A DNA stretch of 62,383 nucleotides, the filler included, from Choristocarpus tenellus KU-1152 (lineage: Eukaryota > Protista > Phaeophyceae): assembly GCA_964200185.2 (NCBI GenBank). It is 11 parts of 11 records of this genome, joined end to end, with 100 filler letters (N's around TTAATTAATTAA, not from the genome) between each part and the next. Parts side by side here need not be neighbours in the genome. Positions count along the whole stretch, not along the records: positions 10,485 to 16,045 come from CAXNAD020010427.1; positions 16,146 to 28,608 come from CAXNAD020001830.1; 9 more parts are not named here. The stretch is one strand, 5' to 3'. The translations under genes were made by a program, and so were the position numbers. The notes beneath the pieces were generated by a model. The model was not told the DNA's origin and made no database searches. It worked only from the letters and a program-made list of their open reading frames with translations. Positions 12,831 to 27,324 of this stretch are shown here, one piece after another; positions within the stretch are counted from its first letter, which is position 1; every line of letters starts with the position of its first letter.

Positions 12831-15162
12831 TTCTCCCCAAGTAAATGCATGTGAAAAATTGATCCATAGCATTTAAGAGGGTAGGAGTATTGCCCTGATT
12901 GTCCGTTCGGGGCTTGGCTTCCCACAGGTTAATTATACCCTTTTTCGGTTTTGTGTGTGAACACAGCTACATACTCTGAAGTGTTTCGGAGTAGGTAAAG
13001 AGTAGACTATGAAAGGAGTGTCCAGAGCAAGGATATTGACACTAGCTGAAAAACTCGATAGCCAAAATTGATCAAAATTGCAACAGTGGATATATGTCCT
13101 TGAATGGATGCAGCCCTACCCTCTTAGATGCTTTGGGTCATTCTGAAATCGACATATGGTTAGGTAGATGATCCTCAGAGTCACAACTACACCAATGGAA
13201 TAGCCTTTATGTCACATTGGGTCAATAAGAAAGTGTTTGCTCTGCAAGCACCCCTGTCCTCCCAATCTTGGCAATACTTTACCCAAAGCATAGCAACATC
13301 ATATTCAGTTGTGGCTTCCAGCAAGGATCCAGGGTGAAGCTAAGACTGCTCACGATAGTCACCTCCCATATATTGATTCCCCCAGAAGCCCCACCAGATA
13401 TGAGCCGGTTGGAGAAGCCCTGGTCATCCCTCTGGCATCCTGACCCTTGGGCTTCACAGCATTTCCCAAGACAAAAGGAGATCGGCAGTTAGATGTAGAC
13501 ATAGGTACGAATGCAAGGATTTGAGGAGGGCTATGTTTGAAAGAAGAAGACAAAATGCATGCAACTTGATTATGTGGTTACAACTCCTGACCTACTATTA
13601 TCTTCTGTAGTGTTGACATAATCCGCCAGAGAGTTATACAACCCCTGATTGGTGCATCAAGACCTTGCACTGTTGTGCTACATTATTCTGGAAGGGTTAC
13701 TCAATCGCAAGGCCCAAACCTCAATTGTGTGCCTATCTCTGATTCACCCCAAATACCCCCAACATAGTTGAATTTTTTTTTAACGTTTTCTATGAGATCC
13801 ACTGGATTTCGAGGGAGCAGAAAATGGTGTGGAGTAGGCGAGTAAAAGTATATTAGGGTTAGGGTACGAGTTTTGCCCTGTTCGTCTATTTGGGACTTGG
13901 CTTCCATCGAGGTTTTTATGGCATTTTTCTACTCCAAAATATTCGGAGTAGGTAAAATGTATGCGTTATGCGTTTGAAAAGGTGTGTCTGGAACAAGGAT
14001 ATTGACACTTCCTAACAAACACGATAGCCAAAATCACATTGAAATTGCACCATTGGGTTTTGGACCCCGAATCGACACAGCTCTACCCTCTATGATACTT
14101 TGGTTCAGGCATCAAGAAATGTAAGCAGTAATCCTTAGAAACGTATGTACCTGGACCTGACAACCACTTGAGCATGACTTGTGGCTCGCTGGCATTGCCT
14201 TGCCTCCGATTTGGAATGATCTGAAGTTCTTGTATAGAGTGGATTTCCCAGCATCTGGTAGACAGCAGCTTAGATCAGTTATCCCTCTGATTGAGTATTT
14301 TCTAGGGCAGACTGAAATGATTGCAAGAGTATAGTCGAAGCAAAGGTTTGGTCCTATTTTGTATGGGATACAGCGTATTATATGAAGTCTGCCATACCTT
14401 GCAATGAGGGTCCATTCTTCCGGTTTCATTGACAATGGATGGAAATTACCGTATCTTGGCAATAGACACCATTGCCGGGGAAGTATTACTCCATGGTAAC
14501 GTCAAGTTCAAATTGGGATGTGAGGGCCTTGAGCTCGAACATTCTCAATAGAAGTTCAACACTACTGAATAATGTATCTGTGTTGATATTTGAACGTATT
14601 TCAAATCTAGGTCCTTCAGCACAGCACATCATCTAGGAGGATCCACTGGCGATTGCCAAACAGTGAAACCAACCACCTTTCCCCCCACCATTGCTGACCT
14701 AAGTGCTACAGTCTGGTTGACTTCATTTGCAAATTTTCTACTATGCAGCACTCCAGAGATAAGTAGTACTGGTACGCCGGATTGTTCCAATGATTTAATG
14801 TTCATTGCGGGGTTGATATTGAAGTGATGGGACTTGGTCCAATTCGATCAATCCTGCACACCCTATGATCTACATTCTGAATAATCCCTGTTCGCCTACT
14901 CTTCAGTTTCAAAATGCATTGAATTGTCACAATTTGTTTGCAACTTTTCCCTCAAATCTACCATACAGTAGGTACCATACAAGTAGGGCAGGGGGTTGTT
15001 CTAAATGTCCTCCCACTCAGTAGCTATAACAGCACCCTCACCTGAGACATCCTTCCTTTGCCCCTGAGGTGACAAGCAATTGAAGTGTAGGTATGTATTC
15101 CACAGCAATGACCTCTCCAGAATGGCCTTTTGCTTCCACAGGCTCGGACATGGTACCCAGGC
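10712..15162 (-). CDS. Multi-WD40 repeat protein (WDR49/WDR64-like), internal exons
   Basis: Exons 15162-15042, 14254-14151, 13439-13363, 12591-12445, 11797-11672, 11247-11146 and 10762-10712 splice in frame. They give GHSGEVIAVEYIPTLQLLVTSGAKEGCLRCWE, GHTDAVTAACIIPQPDIVVSGGMDADLRVWE, GHSKGVSDIDYSPSQRIIVSAGFDHDILVWS and GHTCSLVGIGVSQVLSEMVSMSVDGVIKVWD. Confidence 0.88.
12111..12362. mobile_element. MITE family A copy (intronic)
   Basis: TIRs GAGTCAAAGTACCTTAGAGG ... CCTCTAAGATACTTTCACTC. The interior matches other family A copies. No TSD is evident. Confidence 0.8.
12861..13139. mobile_element. MITE family A copy (intronic, older)
   Basis: Degenerate TIRs with family A interior, in the opposite orientation to the copy at 12111. 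Flanked by ATT on both sides (candidate 3-bp TSD). Confidence 0.75.
13840..14106. mobile_element. MITE family A copy (intronic) with TTAGGG expansion in its left TIR
   Basis: GAGTAAAAGTATATTAGGGTTAGGGTACGAG ... CTACCCTCTATGATACTTTGGTTC, with family A interior. Confidence 0.8.
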
Positions 15163-15276
15163 CTACTTGTTCGGCCAAGAAATGCCACCGACAGACACAG
15201 CAGTACAGGAGTAGCAACAGGATGAAGAAAAGGTAAAGAATAACAAAGAGGGGTTATGCTTATGTGGACGGAGAAA

Positions 15277-15509
15277 GAGTCAAAGTAAACAAGAGGTACC
15301 TAGGGATGCATTTTAAGAACACTGACAATAATGTACAAATTACATATCTTTGATTTCGAATTACAAACTTGTATAGGAATTTTCTTAATCTATCAAGTCA
15401 ATTTTAGAACTTCATCAATAGAAATATGGGTGAATTGGAAGAGATGCGAAAAGAGTGAATTAAATAGCAAAAATGCCAAAACCTGTGTACCTCTTGTTTA
15501 CTTTCGATC
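15277..15509. mobile_element. MITE family C copy
   Basis: TIRs GAGTCAAAGTAAACAAGAGGTAC ... GTACCTCTTGTTTACTTTCGATC, with AAA on both flanks. Confidence 0.78.
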
Positions 15510-16180
15510 AAAATGCATTGTGTCTTGATCAAAGACTTGACTTACCCCTATACCCTAGACCACAATATGATCCTCACACCACAATAAGGATTTGAGACGC
15601 TAGCCCTGGATTAATGAAGTGGAGTGCAATGAGGATGTTATATATTTTTAATGCTGGAATGAGAACCCTGAGGCACGGCATGGGTGATATTCTATGCACC
15701 ATTAGTAATTTTTTGTTGACATACTCCTGTTTGTAGCTCGACTCTTACCTCAGAAAGGCCTTTGCAAACTATACTCCCCCCAGGCACCTCAGGCCACGTT
15801 TTATATATTCTATGCAATGCTACATGAGTTGCTTTTGTCATTCTCGACTTTTTAAGGCACATACCACAACAACAACCGTGCATTGCCTGGACCATACAAT
15901 GTAAAATGAGTTGTGGGGCTAGATTAATTGTCAAAAATAAGAATGTGATCTGAGCGATTAGGACTGTGAAGGTGAGCCAAAGTATCTTAGAGGGTAGAGC
16001 CGCGTCCATTTGGAGGTCAAAATACAATGTTGTGATTTTGACGAANNNNNNNNNNNNNNNNNNNNNNNNNNNNNNNNNNNNNNNNNNNNTTAATTAATTA
16101 ANNNNNNNNNNNNNNNNNNNNNNNNNNNNNNNNNNNNNNNNNNNNAGGGGGAGGGGGACGGGGGGGGGAGTAGCGCTATA

Positions 16181-16444
16181 GAGTGAAAGTATCTTAGAGG
16201 GTACGAGTTTTGTCCTGTTTGTCCATTTGGGACTTGGCTTCCCATGGCTTTTTTCATGAAATTTACCTGCTCCAAGACATTTTGGAGTAGGTAAAATGTA
16301 TACGTTATGAAAAGGTTCGTTCAGAACAATGATACTGACATCTATCTCCTAACAAACATGATAGCCAAAATTACATCAAAATCGCAACATTAGATTTTGG
16401 ACCCCAAATGAACGCAGCTCTACCCTCTAAGATGACTTTGGCTG
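16181..16444. mobile_element. MITE family A copy
   Basis: GAGTGAAAGTATCTTAGAGGGTA ... TACCCTCTAAGATGACTTTGGCTG, with ATA on both flanks. Partial copies occur at contig ends 15974-16045 and 53355-53387. Confidence 0.82.
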
Positions 16445-16573
16445 ATAAAGACTCACTCTCTCTGCCACAACACCATAAACCACATAATAATAATAATAAT
16501 AATAATCACAAACCTACTACACTCACACATCATCTTCACATTAATCCCTTCCTACTCCCCCATTCCCTCTCAC

Positions 16574-19500
16574 CACTACAACTGGGGTGCTGTCAATATT
16601 CTCCCAGCTGTCCGAAGTTGGCACTTCACTCAGAGTGGACCTCTCCTCAGACGCCAGGACCTTTACAGGAAGAGACGACAACGACCTGGGAGCTGCCGTT
16701 CCAGAGGCAAGCGAACTGCCTGCTCTTCTCAGGGGTTTAGCGGCTGCACTCATACTGGAGGGAATCTCTCCCTCTTCAAGATTCGATTTTGTTCCAGAAG
16801 CCTACAGGTACAACAAGTTGGGGCATGGACAGATGGACGGATGCAGGGGAGGAGGGGGGGGGGGGGGGGTTAGGACGGGCTAGTACAGATAATCTTCGTC
16901 ACTATGAAACAGAAATACAGATCACTACCAGTCCAATTTCAGCCCAATAGCTTGTTCAACAGGAATCAACATTGTTTCTGGTGCAGTTCCATGTCTGTTG
17001 ACCTTTTCGCCCTTCGGGGGTCGCAAGCGCCAACAGTGAACATTAGCGTGGTAGGAAACTGTCAATATATTCAGCAGACCTCAGCGAGATACTGCACAGA
17101 AGAATCAACCTTGGTAGGGGAGAAGCTATTCATCCTCACAAAGTGTGCCAAATCTTCTCCAAAATCATCCTTATCTCTCCCTCCTCAGCGCAAAAGATTG
17201 ACATACATACCTACGACTCACAAAAAATATGTATTGTTTCGTTACGGGACATAAGAAGACAAAAAATCTCTACAACTCCTATCCTCCCTTGGCCACAAAA
17301 CCACAATAGGCCTTCACAGTTCTCAAAAATATCACTACATGGACATCCAGAAACTTCATGTATCATGCACCTTGCTTCAATCTTTAAGGAGAGTCAAGAG
17401 ATTCGGCGCAAACAGAAAGGACCTTCATACTCTACCCTATTGCATCAAGGCTTTACAACTAGCTGCAGCCGTAACAACATCACAATCTCTATGCACTTGA
17501 TCAATTCTCTCTTGGGAGGGGTGGGGACAAACAGGGTGCAAGGCAAAGAGGACCTTGTACCTCAGAAACAGCTGACTTTGACACACTCTTCTTTACAGAC
17601 GCCTGCAAAATATTTTATGAAAACCAGGAAAGATTGAGGAAAAAAAATAGTTGAAGGTTCTCTTTCAGGATCAAAAACTAAACAACTGTATACTAGTACC
17701 TTTACAGCAAACTCAAGTCTGGGGGGCTGAGATTAAGGAAGGATTTTATGTTGTAGACTGGGAAGAGGGAGGATTGAAGGGCACACATAATATTAATAAA
17801 GTCAAAAGTAAACCCTTGACTGAAAGAAAATGCAGTGCATGCATCATGTAGAGTTCACAATTGCACAGTCTTTACATCTTGCACCAGCGCCTCACCCACT
17901 ACATACACAAACATTTTCTAAAATAAAGAAAACAATATGTATAAAAATGTACAGTAAGTATAATAATGTGTAAGTATAATAAGCATAATAAATATAATAA
18001 TATGTACGAAGTTTAACAATGTATAAGTATAATAACGTAAAATAAGTAGTATAACAAAATACAATACTAATATACAATAAGTATAATAATATACAGTAAG
18101 TATACTAATATACAATAATGTATACTGATGTACAATAAGCATAATAATATACAATAAGTATAATAATATACAATAAGTATACTAATACACAATAAGTATA
18201 CTAATATACAATAAGTATAATAATATACAGTAAGTATACTAATATACTACTACACAATAAGTATACTAATATACAATAAGTATAATAATATACAGTAAGT
18301 ATACTAATATACAAAAATGTATACTAATATACAGTAATGTATACTAATATACAATAAGTATAATAATATACAGTAAGTATACTAATACACAATAAGTATA
18401 CTAATATACAATAAGTATAATAATATACAGTAAGTATACTAATACACAATAAGTATACTAATATAACAAGTGCGCACATAAAAAACAAACCCTCTTTCAC
18501 CTTGGCATCCACCCTGCCATCAGCCTTGCTGTCGCCCTCCTTACCCCCTGAGCCCACAATTGCGTCTCCATCCTTTATTGCATCAGCGCCCAAATCCGAC
18601 GTCAGTCAGAAATACAGTACACCAATGATGGTAAGAGGATGATGGTAAGACCTTTGCACAAGTGAACATCACCACTCTTTCAATATATACATATATTTAT
18701 ATATATCCTTAACATCACCACAGGATTGAAATTAGGATCACTGAATTGGTTATCATTACTTCAAAGCAGTGGTAATGGGCAAAGACTGCAGCAGAGGTGA
18801 CAGGAATGATAAGCCACAGAAGGGTTAAAAAAAACATGATAAAATAAAAATACACAACGGCCATCGCATTTTCTCCTCAGGCTGACTAGCACCAACTGCT
18901 CCCCACCCCCCAACACCTAGTTCCCTCCACCTCCTTAACCCTAACCCTTCCCATCATTCCACTGTAACAGGACCTTGCACTATCAATACCCTGACTCCTC
19001 TTACACACTACCAATCAGGTAACACAAGAACCGGAGAGTAACAGTAACAGTAACAGTAACAGAAACAGTAGCCCTAACATTGGAAACACAGCAAAAAAGA
19101 ACCTACCGTAAAAGAAGACAGCACAGTCAATTAAACCACGGGACCCACACTTCACCTCATCCTCCCAGTGCTAATGGTGACAAATGGTAACATATAACAT
19201 ACAACATACAACATACAACATACAACAAATTTGATTCTTCTTTCCCCTCCTTTCCTACTCCTCTCTTGATCTACACATCTCTGATCGCAAGCACACCTTC
19301 CTACCACTGCCAGCAACCTTCCCTTCTTCTACCTGCTTAGCATTGACATACGTCCTAACCTCGTTCCCCTGTCCCAAGAAGGCAGTAGTACAACAATACA
19401 GGTGGGAGCAGAAAAAAAGGATAATAAAATAATGTAACAGACAAAATGCAGTCTTAAAATGCATGCAATAAAAACCCACACACCATACACCAAAACAAGA

Positions 19501-22500
19501 GTAGAACGGATTACATCCTTTCGCTCAATGCAGTCCGTACAGCACACCAACTAAAACCAACTCAAAACAGACGCCTCAAAAACGCCTCCTCAGTAAGTTA
19601 AAAAAAACTCTAGGCACAGCCCTACAAACTGGATAGGGTCCTCCCGCCTCAACACATCAAAATTCTCAAACTAAAAGTTAAAAATGGGTCCCACATTTCA
19701 ACTCCCTCGCCACAGTAACAAATACTAACCTGTCAGCATCAGTAGAAAGGCTTAACCAACCAAAGAAAAAAAAGAAAAAAAGCACGGTATGACATATTTA
19801 ATAAATGTACACACACAAGCAACACACTTGTAAATACATACAGGAGGTATACCTTAAAAATTCGTGAACAACCAATCCTCCCAATATCTGATCAACTGAA
19901 ATTTCCATCCTGGCCTCAAAATCATAAACCCAATCACCTCTTGATCGAATTCAATAGTACTTTCATTCTTCACCAGGGAATCAGGCTACGTTACACATAA
20001 CCACATACAGCAAACCAGTTGCTTTCTACACCAGACTAAGACAAATATATATATATATAGTCATCCCTCCTCCTCACCATATCAGCAGAGACCTCCCCTC
20101 CCACATCAGGAGTGCCTGCAGTCTCAGCAATACCCTCAGCTTTGACCTCTTTCTTCGAAACTGCTTTCGCTGCTGCTGCTTCAACCTCCACCGCTGCCTC
20201 CACCACAGCCTTAGCCTCTACCTCCACTGCTGCTGCCACAACATGAGTCTCCTACAAAATAGAAATAAAAACATAAACAAAACTAAGGTGAGAGCCAGTT
20301 CATACACCAGTATCACTAGATTTCAAAATTTTAAACATCAAAATGAAAGATTTCCACCTTCAACACCAAAGGTACAACAATCAGTTCCACAGCAAAATAA
20401 ACATAAACACCATTTGAAAAACACTAACAATAACAATAAACATAAACACCATTTAAACAACACCATCAATAACAATAAACATAAACACCATTTAAACAAC
20501 ACCATCAATAACAATAAACATAAACACCATTTAAACAACACCATCAATAACAATAAACATAAACACCATTTAAACAACATCAATAACAATAAACATAAAC
20601 ACCATTTGAACAACACTATCAATAAATATAAACACCATTTAAACAACAATAATAATAATAAAATATCTTGAGAATAAAAAAAGCAACCCGATGCTGACAC
20701 TACTCTTTTGAACAGTGAGGGTGTACTGAAAGCCTAGATAAAAATAAAATAAAATAAAATAAAATAAAATACTCTGTACGCATTACATAAATCTTGAAAA
20801 CATTTGTGAGATGAAAGGCTAGATGGAAAAAGTACCATTCTCAACAATATAAGTATTCCACAGAATTATATAAATTATTCTGACAGCGAAATTAATTACC
20901 ATCAAACCAGAAAAATCAAAAAAAAGAAATATAAAAGTATAGAGTACAACTTGCGCCTTCCCCCTTCTTGGGAAAAGGACAAATTGAGGTGTGTCACTGA
21001 CCATTTGGTCTCTCTTTCTCAAAAGCTGTCCTCAACATAATGCCGGGAACTGAGAGCTTCAATTGTCACTTCTTCGTAGTTTTTATCACAAATCCATACG
21101 TTATCATTCTACATACAGCCCCCTCCTTAGCAAGAGCACATATTTCTTAAAGTAAAACAATGACCTTAGGCTCGGGGTAGATAATACTCATGATCGGATT
21201 ATAAGGAACAAACTCATTGCCTCTTTTACAACCAATACTAAATGAAGAATTGAAAAGTTTTTTCACATTCTTGACAAAAAATATAGAAAACAAAATCAGC
21301 ACTATTTTTTTTACGAAGCACCTTTTGCTTTAAAAGCAAAGACATAGACCCATCAAAATAAAACATCACAAACACATGCATAGGTCAAATAATAAAAAAA
21401 TATATCCAAAACGAATTAAACCTCAAACCAAAACTACAACCATGATCAAAACACAAAATTAAGGTATACCTTAAATCGGAAACAACTATGGTTACGATCA
21501 AAATCACACACTGCCACAAGTCAGAAAAAAATCACCTCAGCAGCCGATTCCTTAACGACAGCTGTCTCCTTCACCTCCTCTTCAGCCCTGGCCTTAGCAC
21601 CTGCAGCAGTAGCCGCAGCTGCCTTCACCTCTGCCTTCTGGGCTCCTTCTGCTTTCTTATTCTCCTATAGAATTGGGAGGCATTCACCAAGCACAGAGAG
21701 GGGGTGCGAAGTGGTGTGTAGAAGTGTTAAAGTCAGTCTGTAGTGGTACGTGGATGTGCAAGATGAAGGGCAGAAAAATTGATAGTAAGAGAGAAGAGGT
21801 GGGAAGCATTCTAAACTAGAGGAACCTCAATCCTCTGCCACAGTTCACCAAGTTTCATCTTTCTCAACTATATATATACATATATATATTAAGGATATCA
21901 TTGAGAAGGAAGGAAACTGGTCTATTCAGTCACATGTTCCATCTTCTTCAACCTGAGATCTCAACCCTCCAAGGCACAAACAAGGAGAAGATCTAATTTA
22001 ATATTTCCTGCCACTGGCCACCAAGTCCCATCTTCCCAACGATCATAGATTTCAATCCTCCAACATACCACTCAAAACACAAAACCATTTTTAACACCCT
22101 CCAATACTAGTTAGTATCCACACACACACTTCCACACAGAAGGCCGCTGACTATCAACTCCATCAATCTCAACCCAAACAATGTAACCCTTGCCAACTCC
22201 CATCACATCACAATGTTGAAAATCTTTGACAAGATTGGACAGTGAGACAAAACACAACAAAATACACAAATAAAAAAATAAAATTCTCAAAAAAATAAAA
22301 ACATCTACTTACTCCTGCCCTGTTAACCGCCAGCATTTACAACCCAGTACAAACCAAAACCAGTGAAATTTCACCCAACTAAATACCCTCATCCCCTAAA
22401 AATTCAGTCCCACAAACATACCCTGAACACTAACCTCTTCTCACCCTCAAAACAACCAAAAATAACCCTAACCCTAACAAACATCACAACTTCTGACACA

Positions 22501-25500
22501 AAAAATAACATCAACAACAAACAAACAAAAAAGACAGACACAGAAACCAACCCAACACCACTCACCTCTGCACCAACCATGCTCTTCTCACCACTAGACC
22601 CCTCCCCAACATCTTCCAACAGACTGTTCCCCTCCACCTCATCATCACCATAGCTACCAAAAGAAACCTCCACCCCACCAGCCTCCGCCTTCTCATCATC
22701 AGACCTCATCGACCCTGCCACAGAAGCTGTCGACGTCGGGGCCGGGGCAGTCGCCGTCGCCACAGCAGCGGCAGCTGCTATCGTAGCCCCAGCAGCTGCA
22801 GCCTTCACTGCAGGCCCACCACTAGGTTTCCTGCCCTTGCCACCAGTAGCCCCCAGCCCCAAAGAACCTATCGATGACGGCATACCTCCAGAAGTTGTGG
22901 GATGGGAATCAGCCTTGATAGCAGCCTGGGCCTTTTCCCGCATCTCCTTTGCTGCCTGGGACCCCTTCAAGGGACTGTTGAAACCCTTGCTGCTTGTCTT
23001 AATACCACCACTACCTCTGAAACCGCCACTGCTGTTGGGCCCAGGGCTGTTCACAGCATTCACCATAGCTCCTGGGCTAGTGCTGACACTACCAGAGCCA
23101 ACTCCCACTCCCCGACTGGGAATAACAATCGGCTGCCCAGTGGAGGGATCGATGATTTCAAGCACGGCACGCTTGGGGGCATGAGGTGCAGGAGGGGTCG
23201 GACCCCCAGTGCCTGAAGGCCCCACAGGAGATAGGACAGCATTGGCTGAAGCACTGGCTGGTCCAGAGGCACGGGGTCCAACCGGGCTTGGGGGAGGAGG
23301 AACAGCTAGACCCTGCCCCTGATTCTGTATGCCCTAAAACATGTATGCACATCAGTAAGGTTTTTAAACGGGTATGAAGGCAAAAAAAAAGAAGCAAGTT
23401 TGAGGTTGTCATCTAAAGTGTTCCCAGGTTACACTCGCCGTGTGTCAGATAGTGCTTACAATTAATTAATTTCACAAGCTATTCTCACCAAACGCCTCCC
23501 TGATTTTATCAATACAGGAGCATGAGGTGCCAAATACAAAGAAATCACAACAGGGTACAAAATTTTGAAAGCATTGATCAAAACCATCTTCCACAAATGG
23601 GAGAGGGGGCAAGGGCAGTCTCATAGGCGTACCTGCGCCATACCCATGTTCTGTTGTTGCATGTAGGGCTGCTGACTGTAGACTCCCATTTGGTTGTAAG
23701 GCATGCCACCTTGGAAGTAACCAGGTTGCTGTCCAACACTAGCAGCAGCGTATTGTTGCTAACAAAAAAAATCAGGCAAAAAATAAAAAATAAGAATGTC
23801 ATTAGATATCGAGCACATGCGATTTATATGAGAGAATAATAGAAGCTTCGAAATTCAAATGTGGTATAATGAATTGAAAAATGCAAGCACTCAACAACCA
23901 AAAAAATTAGAAATAGCAATGACAGAGAGCAGCAATTATTTCATGCCGGGTCAGGGTTCTCCAAGATTTCCAGATTCAACAGTTTCATGCCAAGTCTCTT
24001 GGAATGAGACAGTAGGATTGGAGGGGAAATCAAAAGCATCCCTGTACATCAAACATTGAGGAGGAACATGTCCCATACGAAATCACAAAGTTAAATACCC
24101 TCAACATACACACACTATAGTCACAGTGAGTACACAAGCTCCTTTTTAACACCTCTGAACAATCATGTTCTATAACCAACCCGTAAAGCACACACACTAC
24201 ACCCAACAAACTAAGTATAATACAATGATAAAGTTGCCACAACTGTCATCAAACTCTCACCCCCCTCCCCCCCCCCTCCAAGGAAAGAACGCGCAGTCAA
24301 GAAAGCAAGCCACATTGATACACAACAGAGATAACACCAGCTTATTGGCTAAGCTGAGCATCCAGACACCCCGATAATTAAACAACACACTCAACAATAC
24401 CAATTGCATGTTTTTTCCTAAGTACAAGCATAAACTGACAGGAGTGAAAGGGATGACAAATCGACTAACTTGTGAGTTACACAATAAAAAAATACTCAAC
24501 ACATACACAATATTAACAGCACTGCATACTATATTCTACACACTACAAAACCACCAAATTTAACCCCTTGTCCTATACAGACATTGCAGACATCCCACAG
24601 GAATACAAAACCTGGATGCGCAGTTGCTGCTGATACATGATCTGCTGTTGGTGTTGGTGCTGATGAGGATGCTGCTGGCCATGCGATGTCTGGGGCTGCT
24701 GCTGGTGTTGGTGCTGCAATGGCCCTGCAGCATGTCCCTGGACCCCAGTGGGCCCCTGCCCTGCCCCACTCAAGTGCATCATGGGCATCTGCTGAGGAAC
24801 CCCTACACCACCAGGCCCACTTCCCATGTTACGCATCTGAGCAGAAAACACATCACCAGGATAGATCGGATATTGACTAATCAGGGTGGGGGAGGGAGAG
24901 AAGAGGGAAGCCGCGTCTTGACACCAACAATGTGACAGTTACAACAGAAGGGTTGCAACAACAACAACAAGAGACAATCTACAAGACTACGCCTACCCGC
25001 CATTCTACAAACCCTATCCCTATCAAAACTATTTTAATAAACAAAAGTGTAACTGTTGTTGGGGGGGGGGGGGTTAGACTTTAGGGTTAGGGTTAGACTT
25101 CAAGTGAAGCGAGGGAAAGAGGGCAGGTGAGCATGACTATGTTTTGCAACTTTGCTTCATTTTATCATTTAGGCGTAGCATCAAAAGAGGAAGTCGATAC
25201 TGAGGGAGGGCCTTGAGGAGCTCGTCCTGTCAACTTTGTACAGGATACATAGCCAAGTGCATAAAGGCAATCGTTTTGGTAGCGTAAGGAAGGTGCTACC
25301 CTCTGTGATGAAGCAGTAGGCTCAAAAAAAGTGTGATACACAAACACAAACACAAACACACACACACATCACTGAAAGAGGCGTGTCGAAAGACGCAAAC
25401 TGAGGCACGTGCACATTGAAAGAGGCATGCACAACAACACACACGCCCGTTACACATTATGAAAACCCGTATCCTCGCAAACGCATTGATCACTTGTTCA

Positions 25501-27269
25501 AAGTATAAAACAGTACTCACCAACAACGTACCATAAAAAATAAAATATACCATGCAAACAGTTGGAGGGTATATATATACCCTATTGTGCACACTTCAAA
25601 GCATAAAGATGTCTTGGCTTACGATTGACATATATAAATACTATAAAAAAGAAACAATACGCTATACATACAACGGAAAGGTATGCCCAGTGATGTGCAC
25701 ATCAAAGTGTCAAAGTATCTTGTTTATGACATACATACACAGATTTGAATTGAAGGGAAATAGTCAACACCCTTATGTTTCAAGGATGAGATGAGTGCTG
25801 CCTGAATACACTCACAAAGCACATACATTAATACGGCACATCATGTGCCAGTTTTTAAAAAAGAGATAATCAAGCCTCACTGTCAAAACAACAGTGTTTT
25901 CCATACAAAACATCAGACTCTAACCCTAACCCTGACCAAAAAAGTTGCAGAACAGAACAAAAAAATCACAAGCAAACACACCTCTATCACAACAAAACAC
26001 ACACAGACACCAACACGCAATTCTTTCAAACAAAAAACCCTCATGCATATGCAAATGTAACCTCAACAACAGGATACAAACACACCACATAACACACCAC
26101 ATGAGACACCTTAACTTCAAAAATAGGTATTCTACACACCGGCATATTTTGCATAGGCCCTTGTCCCTGCTGAGGCATTGGACCCACCCTCTGCCCACCC
26201 CTTCCCCCCGGCTGCTGCATTGGACCACGCTGCTGCTGAGCAGCCTGAGCAGCCCTCTGCTGTGCTTGCACCTTCAAAAATAAAAATAAAAATAAAATGG
26301 AGTAAAAGAATACAATAGTTGAAAGCGGCAGTTGGTTGTCTGGGGAGCAATCACACAGAGGGGGGGGGGATGGGGAAGGGGGGAGGACCGAACCCATTTA
26401 ACACAAAAAGTACTATCACCTACCCTCTACAATAACAATCAGCAGTACTAAGAACAACTATTTTACTAGTGGTATATTGTATTTGTATTGCCATGCGCAA
26501 ACAAAGAGGAAGCATATAAGAAAAAAATATATATATATATGAAAAAATATGTATGTATATGAAAAATATACATACATATGTATGAAATATATATATGTAT
26601 TCCAACTCACACACTACACACATTTATAGAAAAAGATGCATATATAAATATGTATACACAATAAACATACATATATATGTAAGTATATATTCCAATACAT
26701 GCACTACAAATATTCATAGAAAAAGATGCAGATACATATACACACACAAAAAAACATTCTAAAAGTGTTTAAAAGTTAACAGCTTAAACACAAAAAGGGA
26801 GAAACAACAAAACACTTACCCTGTACGTGGGAGACAACAATCAATACCCCTACAGAAGAAAAAAAAACACAAATATGAACAGGACAAAAGAGACAATTCA
26901 AAAAATCTCTCACAACCCTTCATCCAACAAAAAAAACATGTACAGGTCAAGGCAAAAAAAATAAGAAACAAAACAGAAGGCAACAACAAAAGTTAAATAA
27001 ACACTCATCAAACCAAAAACCTACATAAAAACATAAAAACATAATTCTTAAAAACGTCCTAATGTGCATGTTCTTCCTCAAAATAAATCCCAAATTGAAA
27101 AATTAACCCGTTACGAACCTCAGAACGTACTCGTTTCTTCTGACCAAGGTTTGGCATATTGTTTTTATTTAGACCCCCCTCGCACACCATCAACCAATCA
27201 TCACGCCTCATCCTACCTTGCCTATCAATGACTCCCCCACCTGATGGGCATGTTGCTGTGCTTGTTGAG

Positions 27270-27324
<55 letters not shown>

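Noticed and set aside
13359-13553. Apparent frameshift or pseudogenisation in the WD40 gene
   Set aside because: Using the CAG acceptor before 13439 gives an in-frame join with the phase-1 exon ending at 14151, so no frameshift is needed.
20243-20700. N/H/K-repeat and L/C/W-repeat ORFs
   Set aside because: These are translation by-products of a 39-bp intronic minisatellite.
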